Assembly (NCBI RefSeq): GCF_041956535.1
Contig: NW_027192192.1
Coordinates: 87,793 to 151,792 of the forward strand
Length of the DNA: 64,000 nucleotides
Direction: 5' to 3'
DNA from: Calcarisporiella thermophila CBS 279.70
Taxonomy: Eukaryota; Fungi; Calcarisporiellomycota
In this document: one piece after another, positions 1-10,793 of the stretch
Layout: every line of letters begins with the position of its first letter
Numbering within the stretch: position 1 is the first letter of the stretch
The notes under the pieces: model-generated
Told to the model about the DNA's origin: nothing
Seen by the model: only the letters and a program-made list of their open reading frames with translations
Database searches by the model: none
Program-made: the position numbers and the translations under genes

Positions 1-2
1 TT

Positions 3-3000
3 CTATGTAAAGGTTCAACAGAGGCGCCCGAAGAAAACTCGAATATTATTGAAGAACTCGTATCGTTGCTTTTTCCTACTGTAATATTCTTCATTAGAGG
101 GGGCCTGTTTGAAGATGCTGAATATCTAGCCAAGCTGGCATTTTCTGCTTCGAATGCCACAAAGCACCCACTCAATTTGGCAAGAGCTGAGAGCTGTCTA
201 TGCTATCTTTTTTCGGCAAAAGGAGATTTCATTTCGGCGGAAGAGCACTGCAGAAATGCTTTGGATATTCGCAAGAGAATGTTAACGGTCGGACACAAGC
301 TCACACGATCCTCTCTGCATTACTTAAAATTCATCTTGGAAAAATTGAAAATGGCGGATGGTACAATATTCGAGGAAATCGGGAATGCCGATTATATTGC
401 AAAATCACCAACGGTAGAATACGAATTTGGAAGAGTTGATTTCACACCCCTTCACCGCTTTGTTCGGTACTATGAATGCGAACACGTACATAAATGTGCC
501 GAGAGATATAAGTGTTTTGTGGATACAGGCGACGAAGAAGGAACAACTCCTTTACATTTGGCAGCGCAACTGGGTAGAGTCGAAGTAGTGAGGATGTTGG
601 TATCTGAGTTCGGTGCAAAAGTGAACATCAAAGACGAAAATATAAGGACTCCGTTGCATTTGGCAGCGCAACAAGGTATGGGTGAAGTAGTGAGGGTGTT
701 GGCGACTGAGTTGGGTGCAGAAGTGAACATCAAAGACAAAAATGGTAGAACACCTTTGCATTTGGCAGCTGAAGAGGGTAAGGATGAAGCAGTGAGATTA
801 TTGGTGACCGAATGCGGCGCACAAGTGAATATCAAAGACATCGAGATAAAAACTCCATTGCATTTGGCAGCGCGAGGAGGTATGAACGAAGTTGTGAAGA
901 TATTGGTGACTAAGTTCGGTGCAATTGTGAATGTCCAAGACAGATGGGAAAATACTCCGCTGCATTTCGCAGCGTATAAATGTAGTTGCGAAATTGTAAG
1001 AGTACTGGGAGCCGAACTTGATACAGAAGTGAGTATCAAAGATGCACAGGGAAATAGCCCACTGCATTTGGCAGCACAATGGGGTAAGGCCGAAGTAGTG
1101 AGGATGTTGGTGACCGAGTTCGGTGCAGAAGTAAATAGAAAAAACTGCAGGGGAAACACACCACTGTATTTGGCTGCACAAGGAGGTAGTGACGAAGTTG
1201 TGAGGATGTTGATCGAGTTCGGTGCTGAAGTGAATATTAAAAACAAAGTGGGAGAAACCCCATTGCATTTCGCAGCGCAAGGAGGTAGTGACGAAGTTGT
1301 GAGAATGCTGGTGTCCGAGTTTGGCGCAGATATGAATATTAAAGATACCGAGGGAATAACCCCGCTTCATAGTGCAGCACAAGGAGATAGTGGCAAAGTT
1401 GTGAGGATGCTAGTGACTATGTTCGGTGCAGACGTGAATATTAAAGACAACGAGGGAAACACTCCACTGCATTGGGCAGCTCGAGAAGGTAGTGGCGAAG
1501 TTGTGAGGATGTTAGTGACTGAGTTAGGCGCAGATTTGAATATCAAAGACAATTGGGGAAGCACTCCACTGCATTTGGCAGCACATAGTTGCAGTGGCGA
1601 AGTTGTGAAGATGCTGGTGACGATGTGCACCGCTGAAGTCAATACCAAAGACGCAACGGGAAGCACACTACTGCATTTGGTAGCAGAGAGAGGGATGGAC
1701 GACGTTGTGAGGATGTTAGTGACCGAGTTCGGAGCGAATGTTAATATCGAAGACAACTCGGGGAAAACTCCACTTCATTGGGCAGCGCATAAATGCAGTT
1801 CTGAAGTTGTGGAGATGTTGGTGACCGAGTTCGGTGCAAAGTCAAATATCAAAGACAGGTGGGGATGTACTCCATTGCATGTAGCAGCAGATATGGGTAG
1901 AGACGATAATGTGAAGAGGATGGTGATCGAATTGGGGGTAGATGTGAATATCAAAGACAGTCACGGGCATACTCCATTGCATCGTGCAGCAAGTGAAGGT
2001 ATGGACGGAATTGTGAAGATGTTGGTGACCGAGTGCGGTGCAGAAGTGAATATCAAAGCCGATCGGGGGGCTATCCCACTGCATTGTGCGGTGTATAAGT
2101 GCAGTGGCGAAGTTGTGAAAATGCTGGCTACAGGCTTCGATGCAGATGTGAACTTCCGAAATCAAGATGGGAGTTCTCTGTTGCATATGGCGGCTCAGTC
2201 GGGTAGGGACGCTATTGTGAAAATACTAGCGACCGATTTCGGCGCAGAAGTGAATATCAAAGACAATTGGGGAAGAACGCCACTGCATTTGGCATCGAGG
2301 AACTGTAGGAGCGAAGTTGTGAAGATGTTAGTGACCGAATTCGGCGCAGACGTGAATATTAAAGATAGCAGGGGATGCACCCCGTTGTTTCATGCAGCTC
2401 AGGGTAACGATGAAGTTGTGAAGACGTTGGTGACGGAGTTGGGTGCAGAGGTGAACATTAGAGATGCAGAGGGGAGTTCCCCGTTACATCTAGCAGTTCA
2501 GTGGTGTAGGGACGATACTGTGAAGATGCTGATGATTGAGTTCAAAGCAAAGGTGAATATCAAAGACAAGTGGGGAAAAACACCGCTGCATTCGGCAGCA
2601 CAGATTGGCAGAGACGGTATTGTGAGAATGTTATTGACCGAATTTGGTGCAGACGTGAATATGAAAGACGATCTTGGAAGAACCCCGTTGCATGTGGCAG
2701 CAGTGTATGGTAGAGACGATATCGTGAAGATGTTGGTGTGCGAATTCGGCGCAAAATTAAATATTAAAGATGAAGAGAAAAACGCTCTGTTGAGTATGGC
2801 ATTGCAGAATTGTAAGGACGATATTGTGAAGATGTTAGTGACCGAATTTGGTGCAGACGTGAATATAAAAGACAATGATGGAAGAACTCCGTTGCATTTG
2901 GCAGCAGAGTTGGGCAGAGATGTTATTGTGAAAATATTAGTGACCGAGTTTGGTGCAGATGTGAATATTAAAGACGCAGAGGGAATAACTCCACTTCATT

Positions 3001-3182
3001 ATGCAGCACAAGGTTGTAAGGACGATGTTGTGAGGATGTTAGTGACCAAATTTGGTGCAGACGTGAATATCAAAGACAACTGCGGAAGAATTCCGTTGCA
3101 TATGGCAAGCCGGTGGTGTGATGACGATGTTGTGAAGATGTTGACGACTGAGTCCGGTGCACAGAAGAATACCGAAGATTAA
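3..3182 (+). CDS. TPR-like plus ankyrin-array protein (26 ANK repeats), 5'-truncated by the window edge; possible NLR-like receptor C-terminus
   Basis: The frame is open from nt 3 (LCKGSTEAPEE...), so the listed TTG at 66 is not the start. A TPR-like segment (GDFISAEEHCRNALDIRKRML) is followed by 26 G-x-TPLH-x-AA ankyrin units. No introns within the window. Confidence 0.9.
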   Translation, partial: LCKGSTEAPEENSNIIEELVSLLFPTVIFFIRGGLFEDAEYLAKLAFSASNATKHPLNLARAESCLCYLFSAKGDFISAEEHCRNALDIRKRMLTVGHKLTRSSLHYLKFILEKLKMADGTIFEEIGNADYIAKSPTVEYEFGRVDFTPLHRFVRYYECEHVHKCAERYKCFVDTGDEEGTTPLHLAAQLGRVEVVRMLVSEFGAKVNIKDENIRTPLHLAAQQGMGEVVRVLATELGAEVNIKDKNGRTPLHLAAEEGKDEAVRLLVTECGAQVNIKDIEIKTPLHLAARGGMNEVVKILVTKFGAIVNVQDRWENTPLHFAAYKCSCEIVRVLGAELDTEVSIKDAQGNSPLHLAAQWGKAEVVRMLVTEFGAEVNRKNCRGNTPLYLAAQGGSDEVVRMLIEFGAEVNIKNKVGETPLHFAAQGGSDEVVRMLVSEFGADMNIKDTEGITPLHSAAQGDSGKVVRMLVTMFGADVNIKDNEGNTPLHWAAREGSGEVVRMLVTELGADLNIKDNWGSTPLHLAAHSCSGEVVKMLVTMCTAEVNTKDATGSTLLHLVAERGMDDVVRMLVTEFGANVNIEDNSGKTPLHWAAHKCSSEVVEMLVTEFGAKSNIKDRWGCTPLHVAADMGRDDNVKRMVIELGVDVNIKDSHGHTPLHRAASEGMDGIVKMLVTECGAEVNIKADRGAIPLHCAVYKCSGEVVKMLATGFDADVNFRNQDGSSLLHMAAQSGRDAIVKILATDFGAEVNIKDNWGRTPLHLASRNCRSEVVKMLVTEFGADVNIKDSRGCTPLFHAAQGNDEVVKTLVTELGAEVNIRDAEGSSPLHLAVQWCRDDTVKMLMIEFKAKVNIKDKWGKTPLHSAAQIGRDGIVRMLLTEFGADVNMKDDLGRTPLHVAAVYGRDDIVKMLVCEFGAKLNIKDEEKNALLSMALQNCKDDIVKMLVTEFGADVNIKDNDGRTPLHLAAELGRDVIVKILVTEFGADVNIKDAEGITPLHYAAQGCKDDVVRMLVTKFGADVNIKDNCGRIPLHMASRWCDDDVVKMLTTESGAQKNTED
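526..3165 (+). repeat. Coding tandem repeat, mostly 102-bp/34-aa ankyrin units
   Basis: Recurrent DNA core gttgtga(g/a)gatgtt(g/a)gtgaccgagttcggtgcaga(a/c)gtgaatat(c/t)aaagac; 26 units counted from the translation. Confidence 0.9.
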
Positions 3183-3906
3183 GATTTCTGGTATTCATAA
3201 TACTCAACAAGATCAAAAATATTGCATTTTTTTATGTTTGCTAGTTTTTAATTCTATGACAAACAAAAAGAAGTTTATATAAATTTTTAATCTTTAGTTT
3301 ATGCTTTCACGTGAGTTTAATTCACCGACTCAATTATCCCTTGTTAACTAATGCATGGAGGATTTTTTGACCGGGTTTTCGGGATGAGTGTTAATTTGCC
3401 TACTAAGGATTTTGTTGAATTAAGGATGCAATAGTTACAGCCATGATTGCTTCATCAACACAGACTTAGGAAGGCTGCTTTTTCGTGTATGTTCATGGCC
3501 AAATCATGCACAACAACAAGTTTAATAGAGTTTAATGATTCGATCAAGCTTAGTGGCTATGAATATCACACAGGCCATGAGGGAACTGAAAACCCAAAAA
3601 GGAAAGCTGCGCCTGCCCTCAACCCACCCTAAGCGACCGTTTCATTGGCATCCAGCCTATTAACTCTATTTTTCCAACTCAGAGACCTTCTCGTACACCA
3701 TAACCAGAAATAGGATTAATTTATTTGATTTTCTCTTTTCTCTGTTACGCATCTTGTGTTGCAGCACTTGCATCCCCGCCGTTCCATCCTCTATTTACAG
3801 CTAGCAGAATCTACTTGGAAGATCTCGCCTAATTCTTTCTTTCTTAATATCATCTCTCCTAATTTTTCCTTCCTTAATATAATGAGAATATTTCCATCCT
3901 GTCATA

Positions 3907-5746
3907 ATGCGAGAAGATCCTGACAAGCTTCCCTTGGCTGTTAATGCAAAGCTCGATAAAAAATGCAGTCTGCTATCGTTCCGTTTCTACACCTTGATGA
4001 CGACTCTCGGGCTGTTCTGCGTGTTGAGCCTGATATCTTTTCGAACCTATTTAAGCAATGTCGACCTGGGTAAAATAGTTAGGCTCGATGAATCGTCGAA
4101 GATGGTGCACGATGCATCGGAAACCGTTACGGCAAGAGTCGAAATTAACGCGGAAGTAAAAGAAGATCCGTGGACTGTTTTTAATAATGGATGCAGAATA
4201 GTGAACTTTGAAGCATTGTGAGTATCCTGCAAAGCATCTATATGGGCCGAGACGTGTTCTTATTCCTCATTAACTTTGTAAAATAGAATAGAAAATGAGG
4301 GACTCGGAAGTACAAGCACGCCGGTAGCCTTGCTCACTGTCGGAGGAAAGGTGGTGCGGAAAGACTATACAAATATAACATTACCAGCCACGGTGTGCGT
4401 AATAGTCGCGGTAAGCGTAAAAATAACTTTAATTAGAATATCAAACTCTGATCTCTTATCTCAACATCCTTAAATCCCCTACCTTGTAGCTTCCGGCACC
4501 GCCCCCAAGAAGAAATGACACGGCCTACAGCAAAGTGCATAGCATGCCGCCCGACAGCGTAATGGTGATTGCGCGCGGCGCAGATATCGTCTACCCCTTG
4601 GAAACAGAGCCCGTTGGGAATGCATGGATATACGCCGCGTCTGCATTATTTTTGCATGAAGACGTATATGGTTTCGATATTCAGATCGAGGAGCGTAATT
4701 ACGAATGGAATGCAGAGCCTGGCTTAACCCCACAACCCATCTATCAGCCTCAGCCCATTACTCTCTCTCCACGCGTTCGCGTTAAACTCCCACAGACAGA
4801 GGAGAAGGTGTTAGAGCTGCCACAGCGCAAGCCGTGTAATGCGCTTTCAGACATGCGAGGGCGATGGGTGAAGCAGGAGCGTCTATATCGGGATAATGCA
4901 GAGGACCCTTGGGCGACTCTTTCGTCACAGCCGGGCTGGAATCATGTCGTAGACGAATTCGGATATGTGTTTGTACCGGATCGATGCCGTTTGCATTTTT
5001 ATTCCCAAGAGAACGCATATCAGTGTTTGTCCAACCGGACCTTACACGTATACGGTGACTCTAATATGCGGCGTTCACTACGTGCGCTTCGCTATGGCAA
5101 TGCATGGTGTCCAGTGGGTCATGATATTTGTGACTGTGACGATACATTGGAAGACAATGTGATACCCCACCCCAATCCTTGGATAGTTCAACCCACCGTG
5201 CCTCTAGAAATACCTGAGACGGGGGCCAGCGTTTACTACCATTTCATAGGCGGCTTGGTCCGCCAGAACCTTCCGTGGGGTTATTTCCTCCTCGATTCGG
5301 CTACCTCTAGTGCCCGAACCTTACCTCGCGCAGATCTTGTTGTTGTGTCAACAGGAAACTGGGATTCGGCTTTCACTGAATACTCTGTGTATGAGCAGGC
5401 GCTGAATCGATTTGTGCATGCCGTTGGAAAGGAGTATGCGGGCACGCCTGTTATTCTTCGCCCTCCACAGTCGTTTTGCTGCTTCACCACGCCGGGCAGG
5501 CACTGGACGCGGTTGCGGATGGAGCGGTTCCGGCGGTTAATCCGTGAGAAAATGCGTGAAGCTAACATTACAGCGGTCTGGGATACGGGTGTGCTGGGAA
5601 TGCGGCCTGAAGTGGTGCAGGCGTCGGTTTGCGAGAATTTTGGGAATCATGCCCACGCTTCGTTTGTGCGCATGGAAAACCAGCTATTGTTGAATATGAT
5701 TTGTGAGCAGCCGGGGATGAATTTTGTGTATGGCCATCGCCAGTAG
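3907..5746 (+). CDS. Type II membrane SGNH/PC-esterase (NXPE/TBL-like) glycan O-acyl-modifying protein; about 3 exons (~3907-4217, ~4289-4410, 4490-5746)
   Basis: N-terminal TM helix (TLMTTLGLFCVLSLISF); C-x6-GRW...F-x-P-x2-C...CLSNRTLHVYGDSNMR (GDS motif); G-x-WD block; C-terminal His (GNH). Donors gtgagt at 4218 and gtaagc at 4411; acceptor tgtag ending 4489. Confidence 0.7.
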
Positions 5747-6000
5747 TGCTAATGCCTTCCTTACTTGTGAAATAACCTTCGCTATGATCCTTTCATTATA
5801 TCCTTGCATCCTTTCTTTTCTTTTCGTTCTATTTGTATGTTATCGCTATTCTAATGTACTATAATAGAAATCCTTTTTTAACTGTGACGTCGATTTAAAG
5901 AATTTCGAGTTTCTGAAGTTGTTGCCCAGTGGCGGCACTTTTTATATATATTTTTTTTATTTCAGCTGTGCTCCACCTCCCATCCGACAAAATAATTCCA

Positions 6001-7833
6001 ATGAAGATGGCTGTGAAGCGAAATCGCCCCTACAACTCTCAACCCGTTCCGGTGAGTATATCATTTTAGCTTTTCTAGCCTATTTTCCCTCTGTTTCTCT
6101 CATGAGCCGGGGGAGTAAAATATTCGAGCCGGAATTCATGGGCATTTATGAATCACTTTATGCACCCTGCACTATCGCAAAACATCCTAATACTATTATA
6201 TTTTTTTTACATCCAGTCCAAATTAGAGACCCAATGGGATCAGGTAGTGACCCCGCGGCGCTCTGCACGCATTCAGGAGCTTCATGAACGAAATTCTAAT
6301 AAGCGAACAGAGAAAGTTTCGTCTGAATTACCCACGCCACCTTTGTCTGCCACTAAGGAGAGCAGTGGTGAACTGCAAGGAGGGTTATCTAGCCGTCATC
6401 GCAAACACTCAGTTAGTACACCAACTCCCCGCAATAAGCCGGGCAAGCGTAAACGAGGAAACAAGTCAAATTATAAAAGAGTTAAAAGAGCGAAGCACGA
6501 AGTTGAGGGCATAAATCGTGTGAAAGATGAGGAAGATTCAGAAGAAGGGGAAGAAGAGGCAGAAATGCTGTTTAGAAAGAATGGGACGCCCGCGAAAAGG
6601 GCTTACGGGCAAGTTAGAAAGGTGGACAAGGGAAAGCGGAAAGCTTCATCTATGCTGTTGATGGATTTGCCAAATGAGATGCTACTATGCATTATAGACC
6701 TTTTGGCAACTCCGAGTCAGCTTTTCAATATCGGAATGACATGCAAGAGGTCTGTTGCCTCAGTGTTATTTCTTTTTGGAGTCGCCCTATTCTTAGAGTC
6801 CATTTGCTAACATTTTCTTTATGCGGTTCTCCAGGCTATATTCTCTTACCTCGATTGATTATTACTGGCGACCGATAGTATTTAAGTTACATGAACCTAG
6901 TGCCAAGCATTTTTCTTACGGTGGTAGGGCTCCGGACATCCCAGATGGAGGGTACCGCCGCTTCTTATGCGATCTTGCCGATTCAGATTATTGTTTCCAC
7001 TGTGGTTGTCGTGCCGTGATGAAATACGAGCTTGGAGAATTGTGAGTTTTTTATCTTTGGAATATTTCTAAGATGTGGCTACAAATATGATTTCTTCGCC
7101 GCTGAATGCTCATGGTTGCATTAAACTCATTAGGGGCGAGCGTATCACCCAGCAATTCAAACGCCGTTATTGCAAGGGCTGCCAAAAGACGGAGTTGATC
7201 AACAAGACCAATGCAAAAGAGAGATATTTAGTCACGGACAAACAGCTACAGAAAATTCAGTACGTGGAGAAAAAATGGTACGGGAAACCGTCGTATCTTT
7301 TCCTCAGGTCAGCGGTAGGTTTTCTATTTTTGCACTTCCATTCAAGACCTGTGATTTATATTCTATGGAATCGTTCTGATCATGCGTATGTATTTTTGAA
7401 AAAGATTGAGGCTCTTTCGATTGAGCGCTGGGGTACCTTGGAAGCAATGGAAAATGAAAAGTTAAATCGCAGGCCCAGATTCCACACCTCCCGCTCTCGC
7501 TTCACCTACTTTGAATTTGGCTACGGATTCGACATTTGGCCAGGATTTGACGAGGATTATTTCTACCACGACGGGTTTTACTCAGATGAAGAGTATTTTT
7601 CATCCGAATATTCTTTCAACGACAATGATGTGTGCCCCCACTGTGGAGAGGTACACACGCCTGGCGCCTTTGAAATCGTGGACTTTTTAGCCGCGGATGG
7701 CTCGAATTCATCCGCATCTGCCACTGTATCCTTATCTAGCCAGAACGATGAGTCAGATGCTTCGCAAAGCGCTGTAGGTTCTGCACCCCTTGGGATCACC
7801 GCAAACTCTGCCAACACCGAGGGAAACAACTAA
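6001..7833 (+). CDS. F-box protein with a Cys cluster and an XPA/Rad14 C-terminal-like domain (multi-exon)
   Basis: F-box LMDLPNEMLLCIIDLL...IGMTCKR; CFHC and CKGC pairs; LINKTNAKERYLVTDKQL...YLFLRS...IEALSIERWGTLEAMENEK resembles the XPA DNA-binding subdomain. ATG at 6001, donor gtgagt at 6052. Confidence 0.7.
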
Positions 7834-8335
7834 GATAGATGCTGATTTCTCATATAATCGGGCTATGTCAAGCGGCTTCTCAAATGCAGCGGGTATTGTT
7901 TAACCAAGCTTCGAATGCTCCACTCATGAGCTGGAGGTTCACTTCATATACTGCCTAAAATTTTATCACCTCCAAAAAAGGGTGGTTTAGGCTACAACTC
8001 TTCCCTCATTTTTGCGGACTTTATACAAACATTTGCTAAAGCTTCATCGTCCTTGTTTGAATGGCTTCTCTGTATTATTATTTGGACTACATTTCCCTTC
8101 TTTTTTTATTTGATTCTGCTTTAGCTTTCGTCTGTGTGAACTGGCATATTACACTTGTTCTTTATTTTTTTTTCTCAGTCGTATTGAATATGACAAGAAA
8201 TGAACCCCAAGAATGAGAAATGTCCCCTACCTATTTGAAACCGTCGAAAACGTCATCATCGTTTCGTCATCCTTATTTTATAGGGTCGTTTAATTTGTTG
8301 CTTTTTTATTATTTTTCGTTAGATTACAATATATA

Positions 8336-9981
8336 ATGGGTAAGAAAAATAAGAAGAAGGAGCTTAGACCTTGGTGCTGGTAAGTGGGGATGATGCGTCC
8401 GAGACGATCGTGCTTGGATTGATTTGCTCTCGATTACCCGATTCACTCCATGGACATCTATTTATCCTTTCTAGGTATTGTGAGCGTGATTTCGAGGATG
8501 AAAAGGTGCTTATCCAGCATCAGAAGCTAAAGCACTTCAAATGTCCTTATTGCGTCAAGAAACTGAGCACAGCAGGTGGATTGGTCATCCATGTGGGGCA
8601 GGTTCACAAAGAAACGGTGACAGCGTGAGTGTTTATGTTCATTCAAACAATTGTTCTTGTTCTTTTTTTTCTAACTCCAAATTATTTTACATTTTAATCA
8701 GAGTTCCCAATGCCTTACCCGGGCGAGAGACGGTTGATATAGAGATCTTTGGAATGGAGGGAATTCCAGACGAGGATCGTGTAATTTATGAGCTTCGCAA
8801 ACAACAGGAACTAGGGGGTGACACAGGGGCGCAACAGCAACCACCAAAACGTCCTAAGTATGACAATTCAGCAGTGGGATTCGATCCGCAACAAATTCAA
8901 CAGCAACTCGCACAGCATCGAGCAATGCAACAAGGGCTTCCGTATCCACAGCCTGCTGCTGGAGCTCCTGCGCCTCCCACAAGCGCACCGCCAGCAGCAG
9001 GTTATCCGCCCGCCGGGTTTCCTCCCGCTCCATATAATGGCCCACCAGGACCTTTTGGGGCACCGCCTCCAGGAGGAGTTCCGCCTCAAGGATTTCCCCC
9101 ACGTCCACCTGGTCCACCCTATGCTGGTTCCCCTCCCCTACCCCCTGGACCTTTTGGTGCTCCACCGCCAGGCATGCCTCCAGGAGGAGCATTTGGCCCG
9201 CATCCTCCGCTAGCAAGACCCCCTCTTCCTCCTGGACCAGGTATGCCGCCTATGCCCCCTGGTCCAGTCCCTCCGGGTGGTATGCCTCCTTATCCACAAC
9301 CTCCTTATGGCTACCGTCCTCCAGGAGGTTTCCCACCGGGCGCTCCTCCCCCTGGAGCACCACCGGGTATGCCTCCTGGTCTCGGAGGCGCCCCTTGGGC
9401 ACCCAGGCCAGCACGCCCTGGTCCACCTCCCCCACCTGCTAATGCAACGCCTTCCCCTGTCCCAGGCTCACCTTCCGTATCCACCCCACCTCCCCCTTCT
9501 GCCCCGCGGCCTTCGCCTAGTAATCTCCCGTTCTCTCTCCCTTCTGGCCCAGCGGCCATGACCGCGCCAGCACCAGCCGCTTCCCATCATACCCCAGCTT
9601 CTTCTCAAAGTGTTGCAGGGTTACCGACTGGACCTGCTGCCAACGGAGAAACATTACCACCCACGGCTAAGCAGGCAACCCCCGTCCCCGAGGCAGTGGC
9701 ATCGCCCGGTCCAACGTCGCAGCCGACTGCTGAAGCACCGACTCAAGCTGCACCTGCTGGAAAGAAAGGCAAGAAGATGTATTTGGTGTACGACGATGAC
9801 TCGGTGTCTGTGGTCAGTATTTATTTTTTTTGTTTTACTTAGGCAAACCATTATGGTTTAAATGCCTTTTTATATCATGCGTTTTTATTGCAATCACTTA
9901 TATTGATCCTTTTGTTTTGATATCTAGGAGGAAAAACGTGCCCAGCTGGAAAAGTATCGATATCGAGAAGAGGATGCATAG
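8336..9981 (+). CDS. ZNF207: ZNF207/BuGZ (SUF4-like) zinc-finger protein with a Pro-rich tail
   Basis: Spliced [81 protein letters not shown]; C-terminal [20 protein letters not shown]; 3 introns. Confidence 0.92.
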
Positions 9982-10793
9982 TCGCCTATACACGTATATA
10001 TATTTTTATTCTAACTTTGCATTTCGCCTTCTTAATATGGTTTCTATTCAATGGAGATGAGGGCCGCCCCTTTTTCCGATTTTATGTTTGTAAACACTTT
10101 TTTTATCTCTTCCCTTATTCGTTTTTATTATTTCCACTTTGAAGAGAGGGGGGGGGGGAATCATTTCGACCGGGGGCCACGCTACGCAGAATCGATGTGG
10201 TGAGTTATCTTTTACATTCTTCAATAAAATGAGCAATAATAGGACAGACTTTGTTTTCTTGAAGTTCTCTTCCCACAAAGCTTCTGAAACGACTTCTCTG
10301 GTAAGCGCGTCTCTCTATTCTCGTTCATTTTCACTTGCATATGTGCATAGCTCTATGGCTTGATATGCATTCCTGCTTGCCTTGACGAGGATGATCAAGT
10401 AAGAGAGAGGGTAGTGTTCTCTGTGTTTGTATGTTGTTCTGTTTCCTGGGTGCAAATGCTGAGGAACATTGAAAGGTTATTTATTCCTCCATATGCTCTA
10501 GTGGGAAGCTTGCAATTATATAAAAAGGATAAATCAAGATAAATAAAAAAAATAAGCCAAGAAACAACAAGAACTTGGTAGAAGAGGGGAGAAAGCAGTA
10601 ATTCAAAAAAAAATAATCCAAAAAAAAATCCTTACTATTTGGGATGAAAAGTGCCAAAAAAAAACGGGATATATTCACAGAGGGAGTATGCTTTATATAT
10701 ATTAATATATATGCATGTGTAATGTGAGAGTGGAGAACGGGGGGGGGGGGGGTAGATTTAAAAGTTAAAGTATATATAGAGGGAGGTCACAAC

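Noticed and set aside
470-2875. Long antisense ORFs over the ankyrin gene
   Set aside because: Shadow frames produced by the periodic coding repeat.
526-3165. CRISPR-like repeat/spacer appearance
   Set aside because: The units are in-frame ankyrin codons in a eukaryotic gene, and there are no cas genes.
8818-9861. Several overlapping ORFs in the Pro-rich region
   Set aside because: GC-rich alternative frames of the ZNF207-like gene.
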